A stretch of DNA of 64,000 bases from Cytophagaceae bacterium (lineage in GTDB: Bacteria > Bacteroidota > Bacteroidia > Cytophagales > Cytophagaceae), in assembly GCA_025454925.1 (NCBI GenBank), contig JALONM010000008.1, positions 12,819 through 76,818 of the forward strand, written 5' to 3'. The notes beneath the pieces were generated by a model. It made no database searches. It had not been told where the DNA came from and worked only from the letters and a program-made list of their open reading frames with translations. A program made the position numbers and the translations under genes. How positions within the stretch are numbered: position 1 is the stretch's first letter; every line of letters begins with the position of its first letter. Below, one piece after another: positions 10,393 to 20,841 of the stretch.

Positions 10393-11652
10393 TCATTCAA
10401 ATTCCTGACGAAGTACACGTACCACCTCGTCAATGGTTTCCTCTTCCAGGTCTGTTCTACGCAGCAGATCTTCTTTATTCACCGCCAATATCGACTTGGC
10501 TGTGTCGAGACCTACCCTCTTAAATTCGTCAATGATCCACTGGTCGATCTCATCGGAGAATTCGCTCAGTGCCACGTCTTCCTCTTCTGCTTCCGCTAAT
10601 TCACGGAATACTTCGATCTCCATTCCCACCAATTTACTGGCTAAACGGATGTTTTGGCCTCCTTTGCCTATGGCAAGAGAAACCTGGTCTGGCTTGAGGT
10701 AAACAGCCACCTTGTTGTTGTCGTGATCTACTTTGATGTTGGAAATTTTAGATGGACTTAATGCACGCGAAATAAACAATTCCAGGTTATCGGTATAGTT
10801 TATCACGTCAATATTTTCATTTTCCAACTCGCGTACAATAGAATGGATACGGGATCCTTTCATTCCTACGCAAGCTCCTACCGGGTCAATACGATCGTCG
10901 TAAGATTCTACGGCTACTTTGGCGCGCTCTCCTGGTTCACGCACAATTTTTTTGATGGAGATAAGACCGTCGAAAACCTCCGGAACTTCCTGCTCAAACA
11001 AACGCTCAAGGAAAGATGGAGAGGTACGGGATAAGATGATTTTAGGATTTCCATTGATCATCTCTACTCGTTGTACCACGGCACGAACAGTAGATCCCTT
11101 TTTGAAACGGTCTTTATTAATTTGCTCTCCCTTCGGAAGAATCAACTCGTTATCATCAGCGTCCATCAGCAATACCTCTTTCGGTAAAATCTGATATACT
11201 TCGCCTACGATTATTTCTCCTACCAATTCTTTGTATTTCTGGAATAAAATATCCTTTTCCAGGTCTTTTACTTTCTGAATCAGCGTCTGACGGGCAGTTT
11301 GAACCACACGACGTCCGAAATCCTCCAGCTTAACTTCTTTCGCTACTTCTTCTCCTTCTTCGAAATCCGGCTCTATTTTCTGAGCTTCGGTTAGGGAAAT
11401 ATGCTTATTCTCGTCGTAATCGAAACTATCTTCTGCAAATTCGTCCGATACAATCTCTCGCATCCACCAGATCTCCAAGTCTCCTTTATCGGCATTGATG
11501 ATCACATCAAAGTTTTCATCCGCTCCATATTTCTTACGTATCATGGTACGAAATACATCCTCCAGAATACGGATCATCGTTGGGCGGTCGATATTTTTCG
11601 ACTTGGCAAATTCTGCAAACGATTCAATCAGAGAAGCAACTTCTGTTTTCAT
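10393..11652 (-). CDS. nusA: transcription termination/antitermination factor NusA
   Basis: 419 aa with S1 and KH domain motifs (…GACVGMKGSRI…, …AIGKGGQNIRLAS…). It lies between rimP and infB. Confidence 0.97.
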   Translation of the reverse strand: MKTEVASLIESFAEFAKSKNIDRPTMIRILEDVFRTMIRKKYGADENFDVIINADKGDLEIWWMREIVSDEFAEDSFDYDENKHISLTEAQKIEPDFEEGEEVAKEVKLEDFGRRVVQTARQTLIQKVKDLEKDILFQKYKELVGEIIVGEVYQILPKEVLLMDADDNELILPKGEQINKDRFKKGSTVRAVVQRVEMINGNPKIILSRTSPSFLERLFEQEVPEVFDGLISIKKIVREPGERAKVAVESYDDRIDPVGACVGMKGSRIHSIVRELENENIDVINYTDNLELFISRALSPSKISNIKVDHDNNKVAVYLKPDQVSLAIGKGGQNIRLASKLVGMEIEVFRELAEAEEEDVALSEFSDEIDQWIIDEFKRVGLDTAKSILAVNKEDLLRRTDLEEETIDEVVRVLRQEFE

Positions 11653-11709
11653 CTATGTATCAGTTAAGTTATTTGTGCAGGCCTGCTAAGGACCTGCTTA
11701 TTATTATAA

Positions 11710-12234
11710 TTACTCTATGTCTTCGTCGGAGGTAGGCAAAGGATCTTTTTCTTCGGCTTCTTTCAACGCCTTGAAATCAATAATTACCTGCGCCTTTTTT
11801 ATTTCTTCAAAACGGAACTCTACAAGTTCCGGGCTTGCATTTTTCTTCTTTTTAGAAGACTTCTGCAAGGTCAATCCGTTATCTGAAACCGATAGCAACT
11901 GAGCTTCCAGCAATACTCCTTCGGTGGTAAGAACCTGAAGCTTGCGCCCTATATTTTTCGTGTATTGACGAGGCAACTCAATGGGCTCGTCGGCACCTGG
12001 AGAACCTACTTCCAGGGTATACGCATCGTTAAAGAACGTTTCGGCATCCAACAATTCGCTCATGCGGCTGCTGATTTTTGCGCATGTATCTATGTCAATA
12101 CCAGCATCGCCGTCTGCGATTACTACTATTTTTTGCGTTCTTCCTTTTCCGGTTACTTTCGCTCCAACTATGAAGTGATGTGGATCCGGAAGACTCTTTT
12201 CAGCAATTTCTCGAACTTTTTCGTTCAGGTTCAT
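11710..12234 (-). CDS. rimP: ribosome maturation factor RimP
   Basis: 174 aa in the conserved position upstream of nusA, with a RimP-like N-terminus and the …LEVGSPG… motif. Confidence 0.88.
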   Translation of the reverse strand: MNLNEKVREIAEKSLPDPHHFIVGAKVTGKGRTQKIVVIADGDAGIDIDTCAKISSRMSELLDAETFFNDAYTLEVGSPGADEPIELPRQYTKNIGRKLQVLTTEGVLLEAQLLSVSDNGLTLQKSSKKKKNASPELVEFRFEEIKKAQVIIDFKALKEAEEKDPLPTSDEDIE

Positions 12235-12261
12235 AACAAAAAGAGGGGATTTTGTCCCCTC
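12235..12261 (-). terminator. terminator-like leader hairpin immediately upstream of rimP start
   Basis: On the minus strand the sequence reads GAGGGGA-caaaa-TCCCCTC followed by TTTTTGTT and then the rimP ATG. Confidence 0.5.
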
Positions 12262-12283
12262 CTGGCAATCTAATTTCGCAGTG

Positions 12284-12315
12284 CAAAGATATTATTATTT
12301 TTGACTCAATGCAAA
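12284..12315 (-). promoter_or_regulatory. candidate Bacteroidota-type promoter for rimP-nusA-infB
   Basis: On the minus strand there is a TTTG at 12315-12312 and a TATCTTTG (TAnnTTTG) at 12291-12284, with a 20-nt spacer. The site is upstream of the leader hairpin. Confidence 0.35.
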
Positions 12316-12376
12316 ATTCTTTATTGCTTATTCCCTGATTTTGATGGTAAAATGGAATATTGCGTAAATTAGCCCC

Positions 12377-13438
12377 GTGAAAAGCAAGTTTACTGCCTTC
12401 CTGAGTGTTTTCGTAGCAATAGCTTCCCTGGGAGTTTATTTACTACCTGATTTAAAGCCCGTTGAATATCCTTTGGTGAGCCTGGGGGTATTGCTAATAC
12501 CGGTATTACTGATCATTCAGGTCGTTTTCATCATTATATGGCTGTTTCGCCAACCTCGTTGGATGGCCCTGGTCCCATTTTGCTCTTTGCTGATCGGCAT
12601 TAAATACATTGACCGCTCTTTCTCTTTCAGTGTTCCTTCCCAAGGGCAAGCCGAATTGAACGTTTTAAGCTGCAACGTCCGCATTTTTAATGTGTACGAT
12701 CATTTGCGGGATAAAAATTACGAAAGCACCAATGGCATGATCAACTGGGTGCGCAACCACCCCGCCGATGTGGCTTGCTTGCAGGAATACTATAACAGTC
12801 CAAACAAAAATTTTCAATCAGAGCGAAGGATTAAAGAAAAGTTTAAGTATTCCTTTGCCACGCCTTTCCTGGAAATAAAAAACCAGCAATTCGGCATGGC
12901 CATCTTTAGCAAACATCCCATCGTGAATAAAGGGGAGTTGCAATTCCGTGAAAAATCAAACAATCAGGTAATATTTGCTGACATTCGCCTTTCACCATCT
13001 AAAATTATTCGGGTCTATAACATTCATTTGCAATCCATGGCGATCGACGATGCTCAACTGGCCAATACCGCTATGTCATCGAGTTACTTCGACAAAGTTA
13101 TCAAAAGTTTGGTGCGTTATAAAAATGGTTGCATTCAGCGATCAAGGCAAGTAGATGCCTTAACCCGACATATCGCCAAATGTCCCTATCCGGTAGTAGT
13201 ATGCGGAGACCTCAATGAGCCTCCGTATGGCTATGTCTACGAGCAATTGAGTGAGGTATTGGATAACACCTTTCAGCAAGCAGGCAATGGGTTTGGCGTA
13301 ACCTATCACGGAAAAATTCCTTTGCTGAGAATCGACAATATCTTTACTTCCAAAGAAAGTACTGTTCATCAATTCACCATTCATAACGAAAATCTTTATT
13401 CGGATCATTATCCGATAAGTGCCCAACTATCCTTTTAA
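12377..13438 (+). CDS. endonuclease/exonuclease/phosphatase (EEP) family membrane protein
   Basis: 353 aa with a GTG start and N-terminal TM helices. EEP motifs are present (LSCNVRIFN…, CLQEY, …SDHYPI near the C-terminus). Confidence 0.8.
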   Translation: MKSKFTAFLSVFVAIASLGVYLLPDLKPVEYPLVSLGVLLIPVLLIIQVVFIIIWLFRQPRWMALVPFCSLLIGIKYIDRSFSFSVPSQGQAELNVLSCNVRIFNVYDHLRDKNYESTNGMINWVRNHPADVACLQEYYNSPNKNFQSERRIKEKFKYSFATPFLEIKNQQFGMAIFSKHPIVNKGELQFREKSNNQVIFADIRLSPSKIIRVYNIHLQSMAIDDAQLANTAMSSSYFDKVIKSLVRYKNGCIQRSRQVDALTRHIAKCPYPVVVCGDLNEPPYGYVYEQLSEVLDNTFQQAGNGFGVTYHGKIPLLRIDNIFTSKESTVHQFTIHNENLYSDHYPISAQLSF

Positions 13439-13440
13439 CT

Positions 13441-14472
13441 ATGACATTACAGAATGATTTATTGCTGAGGGCAGCTCGCGGAGAAAAAACAGAACGCGTT
13501 CCCGTATGGCTAATGCGACAGGCAGGGCGTATACTCCCGGAATACAGAGCTGTGCGAGAGCGCCTGAGTGGCTTCAAAGAATTGGCTACCACACCTACGC
13601 TAGCCGCCGAAGTAACGCTTCAACCAGTGGATTTGCTGGGGGTAGACGCAGCCATTATTTTTTCGGACATACTCGTAATTCCCGAAGCCATGGGCTTGCC
13701 CTATGACATGATTGAAGCAAAGGGTCCGTCTTTTCCAAAAGTAGTGCGTAGCCAAAATGACATAGACGCTTTGCTTGGAAAAGAAGCTGCCGAACATTTG
13801 GAATACGTGTACGAAGCCCTGAAGATCACTAAGAAAGAACTAAATGGAAGAGTGCCACTGATTGGATTCGCTGGCGCCCCCTGGACCATTCTGGCTTATA
13901 TGGTAGAAGGCAGTGGCTCTAAAACTTTTTCCAAAGCCAAACGAATGCTTTACAGTGAACCAGCCATGGCGCATGCCTTGCTGCGAAAAATAACCGACGC
14001 CACCATCGCCTATCTTAAACGGCAGGTGCTGAGCGGCGCAGACATGCTGCAATTGTTTGATTCCTGGGCAGGCATTCTGTCTCCCGCTTTGTTCGAGGAG
14101 TTTTCGTTGAATTACATCCGAGAAATTTGTGAAGCCATTCCCGAGGTGCCTGTAACGGTTTTTGCCAAAGGCGCTAATTTTGCGTTGAGCCAGCAAGCGA
14201 AACTGCCCTGTGCTACGCTGGGTGTAGATTGGAATATTGAACCGGAAGAGGCTCGCCGTTTGGCAGGAACTAAAACCCTGCAAGGAAACCTGGACCCCTG
14301 CGTATTATATGCTTCTTTCAAAGAAATAGAATCGCATACGCATGCCATGATTCGTTCCTTTGGAACCCAGCGATACATCGCCAATTTGGGGCATGGGGTG
14401 TATGCCGATACCAATGCAGACCACGTCCGTTGTTTTATTGATGCCGTGAAATCCTATTCCAATAAGGCTTAA
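13441..14472 (+). CDS. hemE: uroporphyrinogen decarboxylase
   Basis: 343 aa with the signature [16 protein letters not shown] and an overall HemE layout. Confidence 0.95.
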   Translation: MTLQNDLLLRAARGEKTERVPVWLMRQAGRILPEYRAVRERLSGFKELATTPTLAAEVTLQPVDLLGVDAAIIFSDILVIPEAMGLPYDMIEAKGPSFPKVVRSQNDIDALLGKEAAEHLEYVYEALKITKKELNGRVPLIGFAGAPWTILAYMVEGSGSKTFSKAKRMLYSEPAMAHALLRKITDATIAYLKRQVLSGADMLQLFDSWAGILSPALFEEFSLNYIREICEAIPEVPVTVFAKGANFALSQQAKLPCATLGVDWNIEPEEARRLAGTKTLQGNLDPCVLYASFKEIESHTHAMIRSFGTQRYIANLGHGVYADTNADHVRCFIDAVKSYSNKA

Positions 14473-14484
14473 TAAAGTATCCCG

Positions 14485-14511
14485 GGGGCAACCACTGTTT
14501 GCCCCTTTTTT
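14485..14511 (+). terminator. intrinsic terminator after hemE
   Basis: GGGGCAA-ccactgt-TTGCCCC followed by TTTTTT. Confidence 0.8.
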
Positions 14512-14519
14512 ATAGCGCA

Positions 14520-14683
14520 ATTAGACAGTAAAAATTGTAACGAGAGCCGAAAGCTCACCATCAGAGCGAGTTCCCCCAAAAATTTACGAGGAAGGAATAC
14601 GAACCCGTATTTAGACGAGGAAATTCGAGGAAACACGCTTTGATAAAGAGATTTCGACTCGTAGTAAATGACTACTGTCTAAT
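14520..14683 (+). mobile_element. MITE-like element, family B, copy 1
   Basis: It has 11-bp perfect terminal inverted repeats, ATTAGACAGTA at 14520-14530 and TACTGTCTAAT at 14673-14683. It is roughly 85% identical by eye, in inverted orientation, to 51354-51513. No ORF is present. Confidence 0.7.
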
Positions 14684-14731
14684 GGCGGTTGAACCTCCAT
14701 ACCCAAACTCAATACTGTATTTTGGGCGTGC

Positions 14732-14813
14732 CCCTGCGCGGCGCTGAAAGCGCCACTACGGGTCGGGCTTTCGCTAGGCGCCTGCGGCGCCATACGCTCT
14801 ATCCCTCACGCAA
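14732..14813 (+). repeat. family A repeat, copy 2 (short form)
   Basis: TTGGGCGTGCCCCT … GGGTCGGGCTTTCGCT … CGCTCTATCCCTCACGCAA with two short GC hairpins. Confidence 0.8.
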
Positions 14814-14916
14814 CAGGCGCTTCCAGACTTCAAGCCCAAACCACACAAGTTGCAAACAACGATAAAAGCCGTTTTCCGAAGTATCAATAGAAATGATTAT
14901 GCAGTGATCCGCTGGA

Positions 14917-15669
14917 TTAACTGGAAATAAACCGGGATAGAAATTCTTCCTTCTTATTGGGTGAGATATCCACTTCTGCATTATCGGACATGATAACAGT
15001 GCCGTATTTTCCCTTGATGTATTTTTTCACATACTGAATATTGATCAGGTGGGATTTGTGTATGCGCATAAATCCACTGTCGCTTAACAGGTCTTCGTAA
15101 AATTTTAAGGTACGGCAAATCATCAGCTTTTTATTATTCACAAAGTAAAAATCTGTGAAGTTATCGTTGGCCTGACAGCGTATAATATCTTGAATGCGCA
15201 CGATTTCAAAGCCTTCCAAAACCGGCAGCACCAATTGGCGCTGTTGCATGCCGTTTTGTTTCAGGTTTTCCATCAGAATTTTGGCATGTGGTAAATCGTG
15301 TGAAATGCTTCTGTCTTTTTTTACCTTTTCCACGGCTGCGATCAACTCATCAATATCGATGGGCTTAAGCAGGTAATACGAGGCGCTAAAATTTAAAGCT
15401 TTGATTGCGTAATGGTCATAAGCAGTAACGAACACAGTACTAAAAGAAACATCACCCAATTGTTCGAGTAAATCAAATGCATTTCCAAAAGGCATTTCCA
15501 CATCCAGAAAAACCAAATCAGGCTTACAATTGGAAAGTAATTCTAATGCCGATGGAACCGCATCGGCTTCGCCGATTACTTCAACCTCCGGACAATATTT
15601 ATGTAAAAAATTGCGCAAGGTCTCCCGGCTTGCACTCTCATCGTCTACTAAAACTGCCTTTAAATTCAT
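14917..15669 (-). CDS. LytTR-family two-component response regulator
   Basis: 250 aa with a receiver domain (…VLVDDE…, DLVFLDVEMP) and a C-terminal LytTR DNA-binding domain (…FMRIHKSHLINIQYV…). Confidence 0.9.
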   Translation of the reverse strand: MNLKAVLVDDESASRETLRNFLHKYCPEVEVIGEADAVPSALELLSNCKPDLVFLDVEMPFGNAFDLLEQLGDVSFSTVFVTAYDHYAIKALNFSASYYLLKPIDIDELIAAVEKVKKDRSISHDLPHAKILMENLKQNGMQQRQLVLPVLEGFEIVRIQDIIRCQANDNFTDFYFVNNKKLMICRTLKFYEDLLSDSGFMRIHKSHLINIQYVKKYIKGKYGTVIMSDNAEVDISPNKKEEFLSRFISS

Positions 15670-15671
15670 CG

Positions 15672-17621
15672 CTAGGTCGTTATTTGAATTTTCACTCGTG
15701 TACCCACCTCTTCGAGGCCAGGAAAGGCATCGCTGATGTGCATTTCTATCTTTTTCCCAAACACATCCCGTATCAGGTTAATTCTTCCTTCTGTATTTCG
15801 AATGCCGGTAGAAACTGTAGTTTTCTGATGCATGGTTTTCAACTCGGTAGATTTTTTCCTGCCGATTCCATTGTCTTCAATACAGACTTCGATACCATCT
15901 CCTTTCGCTTCGATATTCACTTTCAAATATCCTTTTTGTTCTTTGTATCTCAATCCATGCCAAATGGCATTTTCAATACAGGGTTGTATAAGCATCGGTG
16001 GTACCAGGTACTTATCGGTATCAAGCCCTTCGTCTACCCGAAATTCAAAATCAAATTTTTCCTTAAATCGGAAATGTTCTAAACTTAAGTACAACTGCAA
16101 TAGCTGTATTTCGTTGCTTAGGGTAACAAAATCATGTTGTGAATTTTCCATCACCATGCGCATCAAGCGGGCAAAATCGGCCAGGTATTTATTCGCCGAT
16201 TTCTCATCGTTGCGCGAAATGAAACTGTTGACGGAATTGAGCGCATTGAAAATAAAATGCGGATTCATTTGACTGCGCAAGGATTTTAAAGCCAACAATT
16301 GATTGGCCACACGACGTTTTTGAGCATTTTTGTATACCAGCCATGAGGAGACTCCGATAACAATAAGACCCAACAACAAAGAATAAATTACCACGCGTTG
16401 AGTCCGGAGTCTGGCTTCTCGGGCAAGCTGTTCGCTGGTAAGGAGTTCTACATCTTTCTCCAATAAATCAATTCTCTTCTGCTTTTCCGTAAGCGAAAGA
16501 TTTACTTTCAACTGCTTCGAAATTTGCTTCTCTTTTTTGGCAATCAGAGAGTCGCGGGTAAGTACATATTTCTCAAACGCTTTGATACTTTTTTCAAATG
16601 CCTTTTGCTGGCGATAGGCATTGGAAAGAGATTTAAGTGCTTCACTTTTATTTTCAAGTGTATTCGACTGTTCGGCCAGGGTAATCGATTGAATAAAATA
16701 TGGAATAGCCTCCTGCGGTTGTTCGAGCTCCAGATACACATTTCCAATAGCCAGATTCTCGCGGCTCTGATTTTCAATATCGCCAGATTCTATGCTGGCT
16801 TCGAGTTGCTTCTGATGAAGTTCCAACTCTTCCATAATCTTTCCCTCCGAACGCAATACATTGCTGATGTTCGCATTGGATTTAATCAGAATGTCTTTGC
16901 TGTTATTTTCAAGTGCAGCTTCGTTGGCATTGTTGTAGTATTCGAGCGCTCGATTTTTTTGTTGGGAATTTTCATACAATTCCCCCAACTGTTGGTTAAC
17001 TTCAGCAATGTCCTCGCCATCCTTTTCTTTATCCAGGAATTTTAAGGCCTGCTCGTAGCGGTTAATGGCTTCGGTTTTATTCCCTTGGGCCTGACTGATG
17101 GAAGCGAGTCCCATAAGGGCTTTGCCGGTCGCACTTCCATTTTTTCTTTTCAGAGCCCATTGGTAATAAGAATTATAAAAATAAGCTGCCTTGCTATAAT
17201 TACTGAGTGCCTTATAATTGGAAGCCAATCGGATGTGAATCTCCTGCATTTTATCTTCCTTCTTGAGCTCTGTAAAAATGGTGAGTGCTTTGTGCCCGTT
17301 TTGTATTGCCGATTCGCGCAGGTCTTGTGCTTCATGAATTGCACTCAACACGCGGTACGATTCCGCTTCAAAATACCGGTCATCGGCTTGTATGCTTTCA
17401 CTTAAAATTTCTTCGAGCAAATCAACGGCTCCGGCAGGATCCTTTTCCTTCAGCCGTTCTGCTTTCGTAATCCGGTCGGCCAGGCTTTCCTGACTGCGTT
17501 GAGAAAAATAATTGGATTTTGAACCTTCGTACTTGGGCGATATTTTTTTCTTCTTCATATCCTGCGAAGGAAGGTAGGCGGAAGAAAGCACAATGAAACA
17601 TATCGTAAGTATAAACCTCAT
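15672..17621 (-). CDS. sensor histidine kinase (LytS/YehU-type) with TPR-like periplasmic/sensor repeats
   Basis: It has the His-kinase motif NPHFIFNALNSV, an ATPase domain, one TM helix before the kinase core and TPR-like repeats. I prefer the ATG at 17621 to the TTG at 17657. Confidence 0.85.
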   Translation of the reverse strand: MRFILTICFIVLSSAYLPSQDMKKKKISPKYEGSKSNYFSQRSQESLADRITKAERLKEKDPAGAVDLLEEILSESIQADDRYFEAESYRVLSAIHEAQDLRESAIQNGHKALTIFTELKKEDKMQEIHIRLASNYKALSNYSKAAYFYNSYYQWALKRKNGSATGKALMGLASISQAQGNKTEAINRYEQALKFLDKEKDGEDIAEVNQQLGELYENSQQKNRALEYYNNANEAALENNSKDILIKSNANISNVLRSEGKIMEELELHQKQLEASIESGDIENQSRENLAIGNVYLELEQPQEAIPYFIQSITLAEQSNTLENKSEALKSLSNAYRQQKAFEKSIKAFEKYVLTRDSLIAKKEKQISKQLKVNLSLTEKQKRIDLLEKDVELLTSEQLAREARLRTQRVVIYSLLLGLIVIGVSSWLVYKNAQKRRVANQLLALKSLRSQMNPHFIFNALNSVNSFISRNDEKSANKYLADFARLMRMVMENSQHDFVTLSNEIQLLQLYLSLEHFRFKEKFDFEFRVDEGLDTDKYLVPPMLIQPCIENAIWHGLRYKEQKGYLKVNIEAKGDGIEVCIEDNGIGRKKSTELKTMHQKTTVSTGIRNTEGRINLIRDVFGKKIEMHISDAFPGLEEVGTRVKIQITT

Positions 17622-17887
17622 GTCGATTTTTAATTTTGAAGGAAACAAGGCTGTCAAGGGATAGTTAGAATGGTTCCGGCTTCCGCTATCCTTGCTCCCG
17701 ACAGGACAAAGAATCTAAATTTTAATGCTCAAATCAAGCATTTCAACATAATAAATTTTAGCCAGCAAGGGCCATCTATTCTTGACTTAGCCATGCCGCC
17801 AGTTCACCCAGTCAAACGGATACTTGTCTCACTGGTACTCTGCAGGGATATGCTGGTACCGTATATTTCAGTAAAATTTTAAAGTCT

Positions 17888-19078
17888 ATGAACGTATTCT
17901 TTCTAAAACAACTGATGATGCGCGGCACAGCTTACGGAATGGCTTGCCTGATGCTGGTATGTTGTGCACCCCAGCAAACGGAGGCACAGCATCGCACAAG
18001 CAACGAAGAACAAGCGTTGAATAACAGCGGCCGTAAAATTAAAATTGCATTGTTATTGGATACGAGCAACAGCATGGATGGACTTATTGACCAAGCCAAG
18101 TCTCAATTGTGGAAGATCGTGAACGAGCTGTCGAAAGCACAATCCGACACCAGCAAACCAAGTCTTCAAATTGCCTTGTATGAATATGGTAACGATCGGC
18201 TAACGCCTTCTGAAAACTACATCCGGATGGTAACTCCCCTTACCGAAGACCTCGACCAACTTTCCGAAGATTTATTTTCCCTCAGTACGATGGGTGGAAG
18301 TGAATTTTGCGGTGCCGCGATCCAATCGAGCTTGCAGCAATTGCAATGGAACGGAGAGGGCCAAGACTTACAATTGATTTTTATTGCCGGCAATGAGCCT
18401 TTCAACCAAGGCAATATCGACTATAAAACTTCTTGCGGACGCGCCAAAGAAAAACGCATTTCCATCAATACCATTTACTGTGGCGATTATGAAACGGGCA
18501 TTCGGGAATTCTGGAAAGATGGCGCCACTCTTACAGGAGGCTATTTCATGAACATCGATCAGAATAAAAAAACCGTGTACATTGAAACGCCTTACGACGA
18601 CTCCATTGCGGTGCTGAACGAAGAACTCAATAACACGTATGTGTACTACGGGCAGCAAGGTCTGGAGAAAAAAAATAAACAAATCAGTCAGGATGTAAAT
18701 TCCAATGCCTATGGAAAATCGAACGCCGTAGAACGGACCCTATCCAAAACCAAGCACGTGTACAAGAACGAATCATGGGATTTGGTAGATGCCAGCAAGC
18801 AATCCGGATTCAGCTATTCAAGCGTACAACGTGGTTCTTTGCCTGCCGAATTGCAACAGTACTCCGATGCCCAACTCAAGGCGTTTGTTGAAAAGCAAGC
18901 GGCTAAACGAAATCAACTCAAAAGTCAATTGGCGCAATTGGGAGCCCTCAGGGAAAAGTATATTGTAGAGAAAAGCAAAAGCATGGCTGGTGCCGACCAT
19001 TCGCTGGATGCCGCAATGTTAAAAGCCGTGCGCACACAAGCGGAAGCAAAAGGATTTACGTTTCAGTCGACTAAATAA
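17888..19078 (+). CDS. von Willebrand factor type A (vWA) domain protein, secreted
   Basis: 396 aa with a signal peptide and the MIDAS-type motif LLLDTSNSMDG. Confidence 0.8.
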   Translation: MNVFFLKQLMMRGTAYGMACLMLVCCAPQQTEAQHRTSNEEQALNNSGRKIKIALLLDTSNSMDGLIDQAKSQLWKIVNELSKAQSDTSKPSLQIALYEYGNDRLTPSENYIRMVTPLTEDLDQLSEDLFSLSTMGGSEFCGAAIQSSLQQLQWNGEGQDLQLIFIAGNEPFNQGNIDYKTSCGRAKEKRISINTIYCGDYETGIREFWKDGATLTGGYFMNIDQNKKTVYIETPYDDSIAVLNEELNNTYVYYGQQGLEKKNKQISQDVNSNAYGKSNAVERTLSKTKHVYKNESWDLVDASKQSGFSYSSVQRGSLPAELQQYSDAQLKAFVEKQAAKRNQLKSQLAQLGALREKYIVEKSKSMAGADHSLDAAMLKAVRTQAEAKGFTFQSTK

Positions 19079-19270
19079 AAAAACTCTGTTCCATGAAAGG
19101 GTGTTTCTTCTTCAACGCTCCAAGGATTCGAGGGTGAAAACCTTATCCAATCTTTCGAAATTTTAATCCTGGGAGGTTTAACGTCCAAATTGAGAAATAG
19201 AGGCAGAAAATATCAACCCGGTTGGTTGAAACTATGTGTGAATAATAATTCCTATACAAAAAAAATACCT

Positions 19271-19864
19271 ATGAAAAAAAATATGTTATGGTTTAGTGCC
19301 CTGGTGGCAGTTGGTCTGTTGGCTTTTAGCTTTGCGGCATCAGGCAATCGAAGTACCTTAAACTCCAAGGAATCCAGTTATATACTGGACTATCGAAAAG
19401 GAGGGAAAAATGTAATCGATGAACTGTACGAAAAACTTGTAGAGAAAGATGAAACCTTGCAACAACACGAAAAAGAAATGAAAAACATTCATCAGAAAAA
19501 ACAGTTATTGGAACAACAGTGGAATTCTTATAACCGGTATTCCTCCGACTATTATGCGTTAGCCACTTCCATGGCAAAAGAAATACAACAGGAAAATCTG
19601 AAAAACAAAGTACTGGCCTTGCTGGATCAGCATAAACAGCGCTATTCCCAAACCATAGAAAACCCGCTGAATAAAGAGTTTGGCATTATTCAGCAACAGG
19701 CTGTCGCACTCGAAGACTATCAGAACGCATTTCAAATACTCACTACGTTACAACCCTTGGAGGAATATCAGAAAATTCAAAAGCCATCGTTGCAAGAGTG
19801 TAATGCCTTACAAGCCTTGCAAGGAGAAAAACTAAAAGCATTTAATTCCAAGCTGGTACCCTAA
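19271..19864 (+). CDS. hypothetical secreted coiled-coil protein
   Basis: The internal ATG at 19271 gives MKKNMLWFSALVAVGLLAFS, a signal peptide. The rest is Q/E/K-rich helical sequence. No family recognised. Confidence 0.5.
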   Translation: MKKNMLWFSALVAVGLLAFSFAASGNRSTLNSKESSYILDYRKGGKNVIDELYEKLVEKDETLQQHEKEMKNIHQKKQLLEQQWNSYNRYSSDYYALATSMAKEIQQENLKNKVLALLDQHKQRYSQTIENPLNKEFGIIQQQAVALEDYQNAFQILTTLQPLEEYQKIQKPSLQECNALQALQGEKLKAFNSKLVP

Positions 19865-19934
19865 GTTTGCATGCGGGTGGTCTTCGAAATGTCCGTCAAC
19901 CCAGGAGCTTGAGGGATGGAGACTTTTTCCATTC

Positions 19935-19974
19935 AAAAAAAATGGCCCATGCAAATTGCAAGAGCCATTTTTTT
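19935..19974. terminator. bidirectional terminator between convergent genes
   Basis: An A-run, AATGGC…TGCAA-a-TTGCA…GCCATT, then a T-run, lying between convergent gene ends at 19864 (+) and 20005 (-). Confidence 0.6.
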
Positions 19975-20004
19975 AAAGGAGTTAACTACGTTCCAATCAA
20001 AATG

Positions 20005-20730
20005 TTAATCTCTGCTTCGTAGTTTAGCCAGAAGTCTCAATATTTCCAGGTAAAGCCAGATGATGGTGACCATTAATCCGAAGGCTGCATACCATTCCAT
20101 AAATTTGGGTGCTCCTTGTTTTTCACCTTCTTCTATGAAATCAAAATCCATAACCAGGTTAAAGGCTGCTACGGCTACTACCACCACACTAAAGCCAATT
20201 CCAAACAATCCATTGCTACCCAATCCCATGTTAATGTTAAACATACTCAAAACTAAACTAAGCAAATAGGCAAAGCCAATGCCCATAGTGGCCGCACTGA
20301 TGATTAACTTAAAATTCTCGGTAACTTTTATCATTCTGCTTTTGTACAAAAGCAACAAGGCCGTAAACGTACAGAACGTTAGCAATACTGCTTGTAAAAC
20401 TATTCCTTCGTACAACTGGTTGTATAAGGAAGAAATTGCGCCGAGAAAAAGACCTTCAAACACGGCGTAAGCGGGAGCCAGATAGGGTGCAGTTGTTTTT
20501 TTAAATGTTACAATCAACGCCAGAATCAGTCCCACAATAACGCCCGTCCACATAAAAAAAGCATTGGGGTAATACCAGGAGATGGAAGAAAAAGCTATGG
20601 TAATCGCCAATAGTATTGCGGTTTTGTTTGCAGTACCTTGAATCGTCATTCGATCGGAAGCGTTGGAAGAGAATAAGCCCGAAAAAGTATCCTGGCTGAG
20701 TACAGGATTTCCAGATTTGTAAAATGCCAT
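20005..20730 (-). CDS. Bax inhibitor-1/YccA family membrane protein
   Basis: 241 aa with seven predicted TM segments and a charged C-terminal tail (LAKLRSRD). Confidence 0.85.
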   Translation of the reverse strand: MAFYKSGNPVLSQDTFSGLFSSNASDRMTIQGTANKTAILLAITIAFSSISWYYPNAFFMWTGVIVGLILALIVTFKKTTAPYLAPAYAVFEGLFLGAISSLYNQLYEGIVLQAVLLTFCTFTALLLLYKSRMIKVTENFKLIISAATMGIGFAYLLSLVLSMFNINMGLGSNGLFGIGFSVVVVAVAAFNLVMDFDFIEEGEKQGAPKFMEWYAAFGLMVTIIWLYLEILRLLAKLRSRD

Positions 20731-20841
20731 ATATGTTTTTTTTACTGAATGTATACCATTAAACGATTAGGAGCAAGAAAAGATACGGTGTATATTTTTT
20801 GTTTGCCGATAAATCAATAGTTTGAAGGCGAAATTTTTACT

